Under the pieces are notes generated by a model, which saw only the letters and a list, made by a program, of their open reading frames with translations, had not been told where the DNA came from and did no database searches. From Saccostrea echinata (lineage: Eukaryota), in assembly GCF_033153115.1 (NCBI RefSeq), contig NW_026889754.1:4278001-4342000 (forward strand): a stretch of 64,000 nucleotides of DNA, written 5' to 3'. Made by a program: the position numbers and the translations under genes. Below, one piece after another: positions 62,367-64,000 of this stretch (within the stretch, counting starts at the first letter, position 1; every line of letters begins with the position of its first letter).

Positions 62367-64000
62367 GTACTGCTGACTTCATCAGTTTGAGTCTCTTCTG
62401 TCCTCTGCCTTGGTTTAAATTCTCTAGCTCTTGGGTTAAGTTTCTCTTCTTTTGAACTTTCATGATGGCTTTTATTCCACGTGTTGTTTGGGCATTCCCT
62501 ACTGAAGTGGCCTGGTTTGTGACAAGTAAAACATAGATTTTCTGTCCAGTCTCGTTGTTTTAAATCTTGTCTGTAGTTTCTTCTTTCTGTAGTTTGTGAT
62601 CCTATTTTCCCATAGTTTCTTTTGTATTCTTCTTTTCCTGTATCTGCTCTGTGCACTCTTTTGTCTTGATTGACCCCATTATCCCCTCTGTCTGAGAGCT
62701 GTATTTTTCTTACTCTGTGATGACCACTGTTAGGACTGTTCTCACCATAGCGATTGGAGGTCTTGTATTCTATTACTTCATTATAATGCACGACATGAAG
62801 AACAGCCTCATCTATTGTCTGTGGATCTTTGTTCAACTCTACATATATGCGTGCTTGATTATCTGTAAGACCAGCTAGAAAATGAGAAACTAGATCTTCC
62901 TGCCTAGTCTCTGCATCTCTTGTAGGATGTGCTTTATCATATAATCTCTTGAGTTCTGCTGCGAATTCTTCTGGAGATTCGTATTTCAGTTGTTTCCTAT
63001 AGTTGAATTTTGTTCTATAACTTTTGCAAGATTCTATCTCTCCAAAGCGACTCTTTAATTCTTTAATTAACTGTTTATAATTCTTAAGAGTTGTCGCCTT
63101 CAGTTGACCATAAGTAAAATCTGCTTGAATTCTGGGTAAAATCTGACGTAGTCTTTCTTCATCATTCCATCCACTTAGTTCAGCTACAGCTTCAAATCGT
63201 GTGTGCCATACTGCCCAGTTTTCCTTGCCTGTATAAACTGTAGCTTAGAGGACTCTTTAGCTTTAGGTTTAAACAACTTGTTTGTAGATACTGTAGATAC
63301 ATCAGAGTTGTGATCATCCATTGACTCATCTTCTGACCCACTTGTTTCTCTTTGAACAATGCTTCTGTGATGCCTTCTATGCTTCTTTTTGTAAGACTTT
63401 GTAAGACTTTGACGGGGTTATTTCCCTTGTTGTGACTCCTGTGGTATTTGTTGCAAACATCTGCTGGCTGTTTGATCCATGATCACTGTATGCAGGACTT
63501 TTTAGTTGTTCTCTGTTGATGACTTGGGCCATATTTGTTTTGTTAGACTGGTTACCATGGTGATTAGTTGAGCTCTCTGGGCGACCTATCAAACTTTCTC
63601 CTCCTCCCTCTGTTTGATGTGTCATAGTTTTGACTGCTGCATCCAAAACAGACTGCATGGATTTTACAGTTGATGTCATAGTAGTCATAAAAGACTTCAT
63701 AGTGTCCACGAGATCAATCTGACCTCTACTGGGCAGAATACAGGGCTCACCCATAGTACTCTGACCAACGTTCTGTTCATCAAGGAGAGGATCCACGGTG
63801 CAGGTATCTATACCATGTAGCTGGTTCACCATTTGATGCATGACCGGATTTCCAGTCATATTGCATCTTGGACTATTTCTGTGGATTGGGGAGTTCCTGT
63901 TTGATGGATTAATTGTGGGCATTCTATTTTGACGTATTGTAGGAGGAGTTATCTTCCCTTTGTCATCTTCATCAGTGCTCTCATCTGTAGCATGCACTTC
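62333..64000 (-). pseudogene. gag: Gypsy gag, frameshifted
   Basis: Capsid-like YTGKENWAVW..RFE and ESPEEFAAELKRLYDKA; zinc knuckle CFTCHKPGHFSREC; frame broken at ~63240-63380. Confidence 0.85.

Larger units (their letters stand above)
55445..64000 (-). mobile_element. Gypsy/Ty3 LTR retrotransposon, continuing beyond the window
   Basis: gag-PR-RT-RH-INT order, PPT and 3' LTR. Confidence 0.93.

Overview
AT-rich eukaryotic DNA, probably a bivalve mollusc (oyster-like; inferred from the SINE, ~166-170-bp satellite and Naiad-type repeats). It is almost entirely nested mobile elements, and I found no convincing intact host gene. The main feature is a well-preserved Polinton/Maverick endogenous DNA virus segment (~45.3-55.4 kb). 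It encodes a protein-primed PolB, a BIR+RING inhibitor of apoptosis (IAP), a packaging ATPase, two paralogous basic core-like proteins, an unknown ORF, an RVE integrase with chromodomain and a small membrane protein. Five of its genes have a stereotyped TATA+Inr promoter. It is cut at ~55.44 kb by LTR sequence and a minus-strand Gypsy element, which has a -1 gag/pol slippery site and an extra zinc-finger ORF. The left end holds a decayed Helentron-type Rep/PIF1/endonuclease gene lacking its HUH motif, followed by an apparently intact spliced OB-fold gene. The middle contains Naiad-type Penelope-like elements with a Harbinger-like > pogo nest, a TSD-less Spy-like element, a hAT5-like MITE, and fossils of a second Polinton lineage, a tyrosine recombinase, BEL/Pao, CMC, Academ and HECT. 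All family calls come from motif recognition by eye; no database search was run.
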